The notes beneath the pieces are model-generated. The model searched no databases and was not told the origin of the DNA. It worked only from the letters and a program-made list of their open reading frames with translations. A stretch of 64,000 nucleotides of DNA, from NCBI GenBank assembly GCA_038321985.1, contig JBBQFN010000003.1:192001-256000 (forward strand), given 5' to 3'. Shown one piece after another: positions 10,509 through 20,252 of this stretch (positions are counted from its first letter, which is position 1; each line of letters begins with the position of its first letter). The translations under genes were made by a program, and so were the position numbers. Origin of the DNA: Cyanophyceae cyanobacterium (GTDB lineage: Bacteria; Cyanobacteriota; Cyanobacteriia; Cyanobacteriales; Laspinemataceae).

Positions 10509-13500
10509 ATGGAACTAAAAGAACAGCGGTTTGCCGCTAAGGGTAGGTTAGCAACCGCATTGCTACAGTGGTTAAATCTCCGTCCCGAGGAAGGAGAGCG
10601 CACCTGGTTGATGTTTGCATTCTATACCGTCACTTCAATCGGGATGTTGTGGTTAGAGGCAAGTACAGTCGGTCTGTTCTTGAATGAATATGGGGCGGAA
10701 TCCTTGCCCTGGATTTATGTCGCCGGGGCCGGACTAGGCTCATTTCTAGGAGTGATGTACTCCTGGATGCAACGGTTCCTGCCTCTACGACAAGTGATCG
10801 TTTCAGTGGCGATCCTGATGGCGATCCCCTTGCTATTTTTTCGGGTCGCCTTAAATATTGCGATCGCCGCTGCCGTTACGATTTTCCTGATGCGTCTATG
10901 GTTGGAAGCCATCTTTGCCCTCAACGACCTTAACACCTCCATTACCGCCAACCAACTCTTTAACATCCGCGAGATTAAACGCACCTATCCTCTCATCAGT
11001 AGCGGCATTTTACTCGCCGATGTGATTAGTGGTTTTTCCCTACCCGTATTGCTTAGAGTAGTGGGACTGAATAATGTTCTGGTGACCTCCTGCGTCATGA
11101 TGCTACTGGGGGCATTCCTGCTATCTTACCTGAGTCGAACTTACAAACAAGCCTTTCCCGACTCTCCGCGCATGACGGTCCTAGAGAACGAGCCGGATTT
11201 CACCAATCGTAGACTAGGCGGGCCCCTGAAAGGGTACGTCATTCCCCTATTTGGATTTTTTATCCTCGCCGAAGCCTTACATCTCGTCGTTGACTTCCTA
11301 TTTTTAAGTGAATTGGAACAGCAAAACCCTGCCGGACAAGATTTGGCGATCGGGATTGCCAGTTTCCTCGGCGTCTTTAACGGCATCTTGGGGCTATTTG
11401 AACTGGTGATGCAGTGGTTTGCCTCCAGTCGGATTGTGGAACGATTTGGGGTCTTTGCTGCCGCAACCCTCTTACCGGCTGCGGTCGTTTTACTCAGCGT
11501 CTTTTCCCTGACCCCGATCCTGCCGTTCTTTTGGGGGCTAGTATCTCTAAAATTTATCGAAGAACTGCTCAAATATACCCTGATTGAAGGAACAGGCCCC
11601 GTCTTTTTTCAACCCCTCCCCGATAGCATTCGCAGTAACATCCAATCCATGGTAAATGGGATTGCTGAACCCCTGGCTGTGGGAGTGACCGGAGTGGCAA
11701 TTTTAAGCGCCATCTGGTTGTGTCGGTTGATTTTTCCGGCGGCTACCCCCCAAGAAATTCTAAGGTATCAAGGCACCATTTTCTTAGTATCCGTGGTGCT
11801 GATGGGGTTAGGCTGGTTTTTTATCGTATGGGTCCTGCGATCGCGCTATCTAGGCTTATTGGTCTCCAGTGCCGAACGCGGACGCCTCGGGGTTTCCGAT
11901 GTCGATATGCGGGCTTTAAAACGCACCGTCGTTGAAACCCTCGAACACAAGGGCAGCGAAGAGGATAAACGCTCCTGTATCGAACTGCTCACCCAAATCG
12001 ACCCGGAGCACGTGGGTGAAGCCCTCGGCCCTCTGCTCGTCAAGCTCTCCCCCAGTTTGCAACGTCAAAGTCTGGAGGTGATGCTCAACCATCCCAATCC
12101 CGCTTACACTTCAGATTTGCGAACCCTGCTGAACCAATCCGTGACCCCAGAAGTCTTGGCTTTGGCGTTGCGCTATATTTGGCTGACCGAACCGGAACTG
12201 GATATCGAGCAATTGCGGTCCTATCTGCGCCCGGAAGTAGACCCGGTGGTGCGAGGGACCGCTGCCTCCTCAATCCTACGTCGAGGAAACCGCGAACAAA
12301 AAGCCGAAGCAACGAACGCCCTGCGTCATATGCTGACCCACAAACAGGAACGAGAACGGGTAATGGGCTGTCGCGCCCTTGGGGAAGCGGATTATTTGCA
12401 AGGATTGCGACTGTTTATCCCTAATCTGCTCCAGGATGAATCCTTGCGAGTTCGGTGCGCTTTGTTGGAGGTGATCGCATCGACTCATTTAGAAGAATAT
12501 TATCCCTCTGTGCTGCGTGGACTTTACTATAAGTCCACCCGTGAGTCGGCAATGCGGGCGTTAGTTCGCTTAGAGAATGAAATTCTCGATCGCCTGGTGG
12601 CCCTAGCCGAAGATATCCATAAGCCGGATTTAGTCCGGATGCACGCTTGGACGGCGATCGGTCAGATAGGCACCCTGGAAGCCCTGAATGTATTAGTCAA
12701 TCATCTCCTCACCAGTTGGGGAACGACCCGACGCAACATCCTCCGCGTTCTCTTGAAAATCCCCAAGGAAGGCGGAATTGAGGGGGTTTTGGATCGGATT
12801 GGTCGCAGTGGGGTGGAAATATTAATCGACCAAGAACTGATGTTGATGGGTCAAATTTATCAGGCCCTGATCGGACTCAATCCCGAAGAAACCCTGGAAT
12901 CCGAAGCGAATCTTCTGCGCCGCGCTTTGCGAGATGTGATTTCAGATTCGGTGGATCGCTTGTTTTTGTTGATGAAGTTTCTCTATCCCTTGGGTTCGAT
13001 TCAAGCGGCGGCTTTTAATTTGAAGTCGGGAGTTCGCACGAATATGGCGCGCGGGTTGGAAATTTTGGATAATACCCTGGATATTCCCAGCAAGCGTATT
13101 TTGTTGAGTATTCTCGATCGCCGTGCCGATGAAGAAAAACTCCAAAGTCTCTCGGAACTGATTGCGATCGAATCCCTATCCCCCAGCGATTGTCTGCGTC
13201 GGTTGGTAGACTTGCGCCACTTTATCTCCGAGTGGCCCTTGGCTTGTTGTTTTCACCTGGCGCGGGCTTCCCGCTGGAGTCTGACGGGGGAACAAACCCT
13301 CGCCTGTTTGAACCATCCCAAAAGTTTTGTGCGCGAAGCGGTGTTAGCCTACCTGAAAGTGGCCTCTCCTCGCGCCCTCGCCGAACTATTGCCTCGGATG
13401 AAAAACGATCGCGATCGCCTAGTTGCCTCTCAAGTCAAGGAAATGATGGCAGAATTGGGCATTGCGGATTCACCGCAACAAGCCTCATCCACTACCCGAG

Positions 13501-13553
13501 GCCCCCAGGGTTTTCCTAATTATCCAGGCATTCCCGGGTTGGAAGCGACCTAA
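10509..13553 (+). CDS. MFS/NTT (nucleotide transporter-like) membrane protein fused to HEAT repeats
   Basis: About 12 TM helices in the first ~450 aa with ANQLFNIREIKRTYPLI, then HEAT-like repeats (DPVVRGTAA, DESLRVRCALL, SFVREAVL). Confidence 0.8.
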   Translation: MELKEQRFAAKGRLATALLQWLNLRPEEGERTWLMFAFYTVTSIGMLWLEASTVGLFLNEYGAESLPWIYVAGAGLGSFLGVMYSWMQRFLPLRQVIVSVAILMAIPLLFFRVALNIAIAAAVTIFLMRLWLEAIFALNDLNTSITANQLFNIREIKRTYPLISSGILLADVISGFSLPVLLRVVGLNNVLVTSCVMMLLGAFLLSYLSRTYKQAFPDSPRMTVLENEPDFTNRRLGGPLKGYVIPLFGFFILAEALHLVVDFLFLSELEQQNPAGQDLAIGIASFLGVFNGILGLFELVMQWFASSRIVERFGVFAAATLLPAAVVLLSVFSLTPILPFFWGLVSLKFIEELLKYTLIEGTGPVFFQPLPDSIRSNIQSMVNGIAEPLAVGVTGVAILSAIWLCRLIFPAATPQEILRYQGTIFLVSVVLMGLGWFFIVWVLRSRYLGLLVSSAERGRLGVSDVDMRALKRTVVETLEHKGSEEDKRSCIELLTQIDPEHVGEALGPLLVKLSPSLQRQSLEVMLNHPNPAYTSDLRTLLNQSVTPEVLALALRYIWLTEPELDIEQLRSYLRPEVDPVVRGTAASSILRRGNREQKAEATNALRHMLTHKQERERVMGCRALGEADYLQGLRLFIPNLLQDESLRVRCALLEVIASTHLEEYYPSVLRGLYYKSTRESAMRALVRLENEILDRLVALAEDIHKPDLVRMHAWTAIGQIGTLEALNVLVNHLLTSWGTTRRNILRVLLKIPKEGGIEGVLDRIGRSGVEILIDQELMLMGQIYQALIGLNPEETLESEANLLRRALRDVISDSVDRLFLLMKFLYPLGSIQAAAFNLKSGVRTNMARGLEILDNTLDIPSKRILLSILDRRADEEKLQSLSELIAIESLSPSDCLRRLVDLRHFISEWPLACCFHLARASRWSLTGEQTLACLNHPKSFVREAVLAYLKVASPRALAELLPRMKNDRDRLVASQVKEMMAELGIADSPQQASSTTRGPQGFPNYPGIPGLEAT

Positions 13554-13656
13554 AGTACGGTAAAAGTAAAAAGATAAACGGAAAATATTTGTTTTGCCTT
13601 TTTACTGGCTCCTAATTACTTTTTAGGCTTTATTTTTTACGGTTTACTGCCTTAAG

Positions 13657-14160
13657 ATGCTCACCAGTGTTGACCGATTATTATTTGTCAGGGCCGTTCC
13701 GATTTTTAAGGAACTTCGGGATGACTTTCTCGTGCGTCTGGCTTCCGTGATGGATGAGCTATCTTTCCCGGCAAAGCATACCATCTTCACGGAGGGTCAG
13801 GAGGGGCGATCGCTCTATATCGTCGTTTCTGGGAAGGTTCGCGTTCACATTGGCAATCGAGACCTCGCTAAATTAGAACAGGGAACTTGTTTTGGAGAAA
13901 TGTCTTTGTTCGATGCGGAACCTCGTTCGGCTTCTGTCAGCACCCTGGAACCGTGCGAGTGTCTGGTGTTGACCCAGCAGCAACTCTACGATGCCATTGA
14001 TGAAACGCCCGGAATTGCCATTAATATCATCCGTCTACTCTCTCGTCGGATTCGTGAACTAAATCGTGTCAATGCTCAAACGGCGGCACAAGCACAGCAG
14101 TCTGGAAGCGACTTACGCAGTGCCGGGACTAATGTCGGGGATAACAGGGTCCCGGGGTGA
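13657..14160 (+). CDS. Cyclic nucleotide-binding domain protein (no obvious HTH)
   Basis: IFTEGQEGRSLYIVVSGKV ... FGEMSLFDAEPRSASV cNMP-binding motifs. Confidence 0.9.
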   Translation: MLTSVDRLLFVRAVPIFKELRDDFLVRLASVMDELSFPAKHTIFTEGQEGRSLYIVVSGKVRVHIGNRDLAKLEQGTCFGEMSLFDAEPRSASVSTLEPCECLVLTQQQLYDAIDETPGIAINIIRLLSRRIRELNRVNAQTAAQAQQSGSDLRSAGTNVGDNRVPG

Positions 14161-14304
14161 GGGCAACTGTTGCCCATAGACTCTCCTCCCAACCTGAAGA
14201 ATGGGCAATTTGCCGCCTGTTGGTTAATGTAAATCTATAAAAATGCCATTCCTTCTCGCGTTTAGGGTGGGTGGTTCTATTGTGGCTGATCTGCCACTAC
14301 CGTT

Positions 14305-15096
14305 ATGCAAGGGAAAACTCCATTTATCATTGCTTTGGCTGGGGGGGCGATCGCCGCAGCCGTTGGAGGTGCTTATTTGGCGTCCCAATCTCCCCCTTCA
14401 CCCTCTCCGGTGACTCAAGCGCCAACCCCTACTTTACCTAGGACAGCGCCTACACCAAATTCGACTCGTGCGGAATCTCCGCGATCGCAACCGTTGCAAT
14501 CTCCAACTCCCACTCCAACTCCTACTCCTACTCCTACTCCAGCACCTATTATGATTAACCCATCCCAAAAAAACTGCCCCATTACCAGTGCGATCGTTTC
14601 TGACCCTAACCCCCCGGCTAACGTCCGTTCTAGCCCGCAAGTTGCCTCTACTAATATCCTAGGTACTCTTAGTAATGGAACTTTCGTTGTAGTTGTGCAA
14701 CAACAAAACGGCTGGTTTAAAATTAATGACCCGGTAGAAGGTTGGATTTCCCAAAGTATCACAGAAAGTTCTTGTTCCCAAGTCACCGAACGGATTAAGT
14801 TTCCTCCTAATGGCACATCCGCAAGGGTCAAAGGTCGGATTATTGGTGGTGGGAGTCATGAATATCTTCTTAAGGCATCGGCAGGTCAAACCTTGACCCT
14901 CTCGGTTTCTGAAGGAGCTCTGCCTTTTATTTTTATCCCCAATGACCCCAATCGGCAAACGGAACTCACCGGGGGTGGCCACTATACGGGTTTGGATAAC
15001 TGGACGGGTACTCTGCCCAGAACTGGGGACTATCAAATAGTTTTAGACTCGAATTTTCGAGGGTTTAATTATGATTTTCTAGTCGAAGTCAAGTAA
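14305..15096 (+). CDS. Exported SH3b-domain protein with Pro/Thr linker
   Basis: N-terminal hydrophobic anchor, (PT)n linker, ANVRSSP...GWFKI...EGWIS SH3b motif, C-terminal beta-rich domain. Confidence 0.8.
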   Translation: MQGKTPFIIALAGGAIAAAVGGAYLASQSPPSPSPVTQAPTPTLPRTAPTPNSTRAESPRSQPLQSPTPTPTPTPTPTPAPIMINPSQKNCPITSAIVSDPNPPANVRSSPQVASTNILGTLSNGTFVVVVQQQNGWFKINDPVEGWISQSITESSCSQVTERIKFPPNGTSARVKGRIIGGGSHEYLLKASAGQTLTLSVSEGALPFIFIPNDPNRQTELTGGGHYTGLDNWTGTLPRTGDYQIVLDSNFRGFNYDFLVEVK

Positions 15097-15108
15097 GCCT
15101 TACACGAA

Positions 15109-15852
15109 CTAATCAATCGCCTCTAAAGAAATATCTAAAAGGGGATACTCTTGCCAGCCTTCTGCATCAAAGTGCCACCATTCCGTAATCAGAGGAATAA
15201 AGCCCTGTTGGGTCATCAATGTTTCAAGTAACTGGCTATTTTCACGGGCTTTGTCGCTGACATCGGTTCCCTCATAATCTCGGGCTGCGCGATCGGTAAA
15301 ATCATCAAATTGCGTCGGCATTTCTAATTCAGTTCCCAGGGCATCAATCAGGGTTAAATCTACAGCCGCACCGCGATTATGTCGAGACCCTCTTTCCGGA
15401 TTAGCAACGTAGCGCGGATCTGGCAAGGCTTCCCACATTTTTCGGGTAACGGAGAGGGGACGGTAACAATCAAATACTTTCAAACCCAGTCCCATGGGTT
15501 GTAATTGCTCTTGAACTTGGGATAACTTTTGGGCAACGCTAGTTCGCAAAAGACATCGAGGGACTGAGTAGAGTTTAACCTTCAAGAAGTTATTAGCAGT
15601 AGCATAGCGAATATCCAGGGCGATCGCTGGATTGATATCTTGTATATCTACTAATTTCTCTCCCTCAAATTGAGGCATATCTGGAGTTATCTCTACTTCA
15701 ACCGATAGACTAGGTGGGCCAAATTCTAAAGAATTCACAGCTTCGGGAATGCGAACGGATTCCGCCTGTTGCCAAAGTCCTATGCTGATTACAAACACAA
15801 AGGCCAAACCAAACAAAACAAAGGGATTGTTTTTCATGATGAAGTCGTACAC
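15109..15852 (-). CDS. ddpX: D-alanyl-D-alanine dipeptidase (M15D, VanX/DdpX family)
   Basis: DIRYATANNF, FDCYRP, SRHNRGAAVDLT, EWWHFD motifs. Start may be ATG 15837. Confidence 0.9.
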   Translation of the reverse strand: MYDFIMKNNPFVLFGLAFVFVISIGLWQQAESVRIPEAVNSLEFGPPSLSVEVEITPDMPQFEGEKLVDIQDINPAIALDIRYATANNFLKVKLYSVPRCLLRTSVAQKLSQVQEQLQPMGLGLKVFDCYRPLSVTRKMWEALPDPRYVANPERGSRHNRGAAVDLTLIDALGTELEMPTQFDDFTDRAARDYEGTDVSDKARENSQLLETLMTQQGFIPLITEWWHFDAEGWQEYPLLDISLEAID

Positions 15853-16193
15853 CTAGAACGTTAGCAATAATATCTTATAAAAAATTAAATTTATCTTGAA
15901 AATGCTTTAAAATCAAGAAAATAAAAGTTACCTAAATTGTTCATGATATATTTAAAATAGGATGACTAAGCGTAATTAATTAATTTATCTCTAATTTTGG
16001 GATTTTTCCCGGGAATTTTACCTTAAAACAAGAAATCGGACGATGAGAGCGGTAACCCATGAAAATGACACTCGCTTCATAAAATTTAACCAAATCCAGA
16101 TACAGATGGGGAGTCAAAAAGGAATACTGTTGACAGACCGAATAAATGGCTAGACACTTTCCGAGCAAAACCGCCCCCTACGGTACAATAATC

Positions 16194-19025
16194 ATGCCCA
16201 CCTTCCCACTTTATCGGGGTGAACGTCCCGAATCCCTCAACCCGTTAAACCCCTATCATTACGGTTTGTTGGCCTACTGGGTATTTTTTCGTCCCAGCGC
16301 CATCCAGAGCTATTTGTACAAAGCTGCCCCTGATTTGTACCCAAAAAGCGGATGGAGTAAATTTTTGGGCAGCTTTAAAGTGCCGGGGTATAGGAACCTG
16401 TATTTGATGGCGATCGCCTCACTGGTGAAATGTTTGGTCCTGCTGGGATTCACATTTTTCCTGTACACTATCGCCGTCCAACAAGGTCATACCGGATCCA
16501 TTAGTTCCGTACTCGCCATCTCCAATACCCAAGCGATTTCCGCCTCAGCGCGAGACTTTAACGGAGACAGCAGCTTAAAACTCTGGGACCTGGATAGAGG
16601 TGCGTTGCTGCAAACCATACCCGCTAAGGGCAACGGAATTAACGCCGTGGCATTACTGCCGGGAGAACGGGCTATTTCCGGAGGAAGGGACCGGGCTGTT
16701 AATATTTGGGACCTCAAGGGGGGCAGTCGTCTATATAATCTACAAAACCACGGTCGCTGGATCGAAGACTTAGCGGTAACCCCCAATGGAAAATTAGTAA
16801 TTTCTGCCTCAGCAGACAATACACTCATTGTCTGGGATGTGGAGTCCGGAAAAAAACTTCATACTCTTAAAGGTCACACGGGATCGGTAAAGACGGTGGC
16901 ACTCACCCCAGACGGAGTACAGGCCATTTCTGGATCCGCAGATGGAACGGTAAAAATTTGGAACCTGGAACAGGGAACCCTCCTGCAAACTTTAACAGGT
17001 CATACGGGCGGGATTAATGCTGTGGCGGTTACCCCTGACGGAGAACAGGTGATTTCTGCGAGTCTGGATGGTTTCGTCAAGGTGTGGATACGCTCATCCG
17101 GTACTGTGCAACACAACCTCAATGCACATAGCGGAGGGGTTAATACAATAGAGGTGACTCCAGACGGACAACGGGTTGTTTCTGGGGGGGTGGATGGAAG
17201 CGTCAAGGTTTGGAACCTCCAGGAGGGAACCCTACAACAGGAGTTCACGGGACATGGGGGGTGGATTAATGCTTTAGTCATCACCCCGGATGGACGGCAA
17301 CTGGTTTCAGCCTCTTCTGACCACACCCTCAAAGTTTGGAATCTCCCCCAAGGTACCCTGGTACATACCCTCGTGGGACATCAAGAGTGGGTGAGATCGG
17401 TTGCACTCACCCCGGACGGACAACGAATCATTTCTGGCGCAGGCGATCGCCTCCCCAAAGTCTGGAACCTCAGTTCTGGGGAGGAAATTCCCCTTAAAGC
17501 AGTCCAACGCACCCTCTTTTGGACTAGCCTGGGATTTGCGATCGGGGCTATTTTCCTGTGGATCTGGATTGTATTAGCCTGCGCAGTGATTCTCACCTGT
17601 AGTTTTATGGCCCTTGGGTTGGGGGGTAGCGTAGTAGCGGCCCTGGTACTGACCCTGTTAGGGAGTTTCGCGTTCACCAACCTATTTCTGTTGAACGATT
17701 TGCTCAAAATCAATCCCCCGTATCAACAAACCTTCGGGGCGATCGCGATTGATACTTCCCTAATCACCATCGGATTTGCAATTTTTGTAGGGACCCTCTG
17801 GTTCGTGGCCTTTGCCCTGGCGGGACGTACTGCGGTCGGGATGTTTGCCGGTTTTGGGTTGATTCTGGTGATTGCCATGGCGATCGGGATCTTTGATGCC
17901 AATGTCCTCAAAGATACCAACATTGCCTCCCGAGTTCGGTTTGTGACGGTAATTTCCCGAGGGATTGAAATCGGGTTTTTCTTTAATTTGCTAGTTCTAC
18001 TCGGGTCCTTGCGCCTGCTGTTTTACCCGATTGAGTTGATTGCTGCACTCAAACCAAACCGCCGTGGCGATGGACATCCGGTTTTTTGGGATGAGTTGCT
18101 GGTATTGCCCCTGCCGAACAGCCGCAAATCTTTATTACAGCAGTTACAACGGGATGAAAAAAGCGGTTTGCAGCGGGTAGCAGAAGTCTCTCGTAACCCG
18201 TTTCAGCGTGCGATCGCCCAAAATGCTTTATCTAAGTATTTACATTCCACCCCAAATCCCCTACACCTGCTCTATGCGATCGCCCGGGATCGGGATTTAA
18301 CGACCTATCTTTGGTCCCCGGTGAGTACGGAAGATTGGCGAGGCATCCCAGAACAACGACAGGTGTTATTAGGAGAACTAGGTTTTCAAGGGGTGAAATG
18401 TGGAAGCGATTGGTTGAATCAGATGGCAGAGGGTTGGATTGGGGCTTTAACTTGGGTGTGGCGATCGCATCGTCAAACTCCCTTAACCCATTTGGCAGCC
18501 CTCCTTTACAACTTGCTTGATCGTGGGGTGAATTCGTCTAGATTCGATTGGACTGACTATAAGCAAACCCTGGGGAGTCTGCGCGAGTACCCAGGGGGTG
18601 TAGAAATTTTGGAATCTTTGACCACTTTAGGGACATTTTCCTCGGTGCAGACTCTCCCGGACCTGTGCAGGGCTGTTCAGGCGTTGGGAGACTCGGAACT
18701 TTCTGCCTTTTATGACGCAGACTCTCGGATCCCGGTAGGAGGAGTGATTCGACCCGAAATCCTGAGTGCGATCGCCCATCTGGGAGAAATCGGTACCTCC
18801 GTTTGTGACCATTCGGATCAAACCGACCCGCTGAAACGACTGGCAACCTTGGCAAAAGCAACCGTAGCCCTAGATACCTTGGAATCCGAGGCGATCGCTT
18901 CCTTATTAACGCCGGAACAAGGGATTTTACAACAGATTATTCGCCAGTGGCGTCAGTTAATGATTCGGGAAACCGCTGTAGTGTCGGGAAGGGTCGAGCA
19001 ATCTAGCAACTGCGCAGGAATCTAA
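16194..19025 (+). CDS. WD40-repeat membrane protein
   Basis: About 8 GH...WD/WN repeats between a TM segment and a multi-TM block, then a helical C-terminal region. ATG 16194 preferred. Confidence 0.85.
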   Translation: MPTFPLYRGERPESLNPLNPYHYGLLAYWVFFRPSAIQSYLYKAAPDLYPKSGWSKFLGSFKVPGYRNLYLMAIASLVKCLVLLGFTFFLYTIAVQQGHTGSISSVLAISNTQAISASARDFNGDSSLKLWDLDRGALLQTIPAKGNGINAVALLPGERAISGGRDRAVNIWDLKGGSRLYNLQNHGRWIEDLAVTPNGKLVISASADNTLIVWDVESGKKLHTLKGHTGSVKTVALTPDGVQAISGSADGTVKIWNLEQGTLLQTLTGHTGGINAVAVTPDGEQVISASLDGFVKVWIRSSGTVQHNLNAHSGGVNTIEVTPDGQRVVSGGVDGSVKVWNLQEGTLQQEFTGHGGWINALVITPDGRQLVSASSDHTLKVWNLPQGTLVHTLVGHQEWVRSVALTPDGQRIISGAGDRLPKVWNLSSGEEIPLKAVQRTLFWTSLGFAIGAIFLWIWIVLACAVILTCSFMALGLGGSVVAALVLTLLGSFAFTNLFLLNDLLKINPPYQQTFGAIAIDTSLITIGFAIFVGTLWFVAFALAGRTAVGMFAGFGLILVIAMAIGIFDANVLKDTNIASRVRFVTVISRGIEIGFFFNLLVLLGSLRLLFYPIELIAALKPNRRGDGHPVFWDELLVLPLPNSRKSLLQQLQRDEKSGLQRVAEVSRNPFQRAIAQNALSKYLHSTPNPLHLLYAIARDRDLTTYLWSPVSTEDWRGIPEQRQVLLGELGFQGVKCGSDWLNQMAEGWIGALTWVWRSHRQTPLTHLAALLYNLLDRGVNSSRFDWTDYKQTLGSLREYPGGVEILESLTTLGTFSSVQTLPDLCRAVQALGDSELSAFYDADSRIPVGGVIRPEILSAIAHLGEIGTSVCDHSDQTDPLKRLATLAKATVALDTLESEAIASLLTPEQGILQQIIRQWRQLMIRETAVVSGRVEQSSNCAGI

Positions 19026-19094
19026 CCTCGTGAGTTCCCTGTAAAAATAACCCTTAAATAGAACCCTAATTTTTATCGGGGTTCTCTTTAAGAG

Positions 19095-20168
19095 TTATTC
19101 CCCTTTCAATTCTTCCCACATCGCATGGTAGGCAGGTTTAGGATGATAGGACTCGTCAAAAAGTAACGGTGCTTTCCCCCCGGTAAACCCCGTTAACCAG
19201 GAATGGCGATCGGTAAATCCCCAGGTGAGTAAGGCTTTACAGTTGGATGCCTCTAGGCATATCTTCAGGAACTCCCGGTACAATTCACCTTGTGCCGCTA
19301 ATTGCTCCTCTCGGGTGCCCTTAAACTTATTCAGGGGAATATCCATTTCGGTGATCATCACATCTAGCCCGAGTTCAGCATACCGCTTCATATTTTCAGC
19401 CACATCTTGGGGATCTCCTGCGGATAAAAATCCCAAGTGGGTTTGGAACCCCACTGCATCGAGGGGTGCGCCTCGTTCTTGAATACTTTTTATCAAGTTA
19501 TAAAAAGAGTCAGATTTAGAGTTGAGTCCCTCAGCGTATTCATTAATATACAAAAGGGCATCGGGATCAGCTTCACGAGTCCAACGCAGAGCTAAATCAA
19601 TATATTCGGGTCCAATAGTTTTATACCAGATAGTTTCTCTTAAGCTGCCGTCAGCTTCTACAGGTTCATTCACCACATCCCACGCATAAATTTGACCCCG
19701 ATAGTGACTGACTACAGTCTGAATATGATCATGGAGGATTTCTATCAGTTCATCTCGGGAAAAATTCCCTTCCACGATCCAACGGGGGAGGACATGAAAC
19801 CAAGTTAAGACATGACCAATGACCTTCATATCGTGTTCAGCGGCAAACTCGACCATCCCATCGGCTGTGCTAAAATCATAGCGATTGCGCTCTGGATGTA
19901 GCACTTCAAATTTCATGTTATGCTCGGCCATGATGATGTTAAATTCCCGCGCTAATACCTCTCGATAAGTGGGTTCGTTATCTAAAGGGCGGGGTCTAAC
20001 AGCGGAACCGATTAAAAAGTCCCGTTTTGCGGCTAGGGCTCTGAGGGGTTCTGCTGCCGAGTTAGGGCTTAAGGGTTTGGGGTTGGTCGTGGCGAAACTT
20101 GTGGTAGCGATCGCAAAGGCAATCGCCAGGATAACCAGGATATATGCGATCAAGGACCGGGGTTTCAT
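19095..20168 (-). CDS. GH10 endo-1,4-beta-xylanase-like secreted glycosidase
   Basis: Signal peptide; EHNMKF, GHVLTW, WDVVNEP (acid/base), GFQTH, ITEMD (nucleophile), WGFTD. Confidence 0.93.
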   Translation of the reverse strand: MKPRSLIAYILVILAIAFAIATTSFATTNPKPLSPNSAAEPLRALAAKRDFLIGSAVRPRPLDNEPTYREVLAREFNIIMAEHNMKFEVLHPERNRYDFSTADGMVEFAAEHDMKVIGHVLTWFHVLPRWIVEGNFSRDELIEILHDHIQTVVSHYRGQIYAWDVVNEPVEADGSLRETIWYKTIGPEYIDLALRWTREADPDALLYINEYAEGLNSKSDSFYNLIKSIQERGAPLDAVGFQTHLGFLSAGDPQDVAENMKRYAELGLDVMITEMDIPLNKFKGTREEQLAAQGELYREFLKICLEASNCKALLTWGFTDRHSWLTGFTGGKAPLLFDESYHPKPAYHAMWEELKGE

Positions 20169-20252
20169 GGGCCACCTCTGTGAGGATAAAGACAGAGGTT
20201 TGAGGGATGTTTTAATTCACCCAAACCTCTTGATTTCAAACCAGAAAATCAC

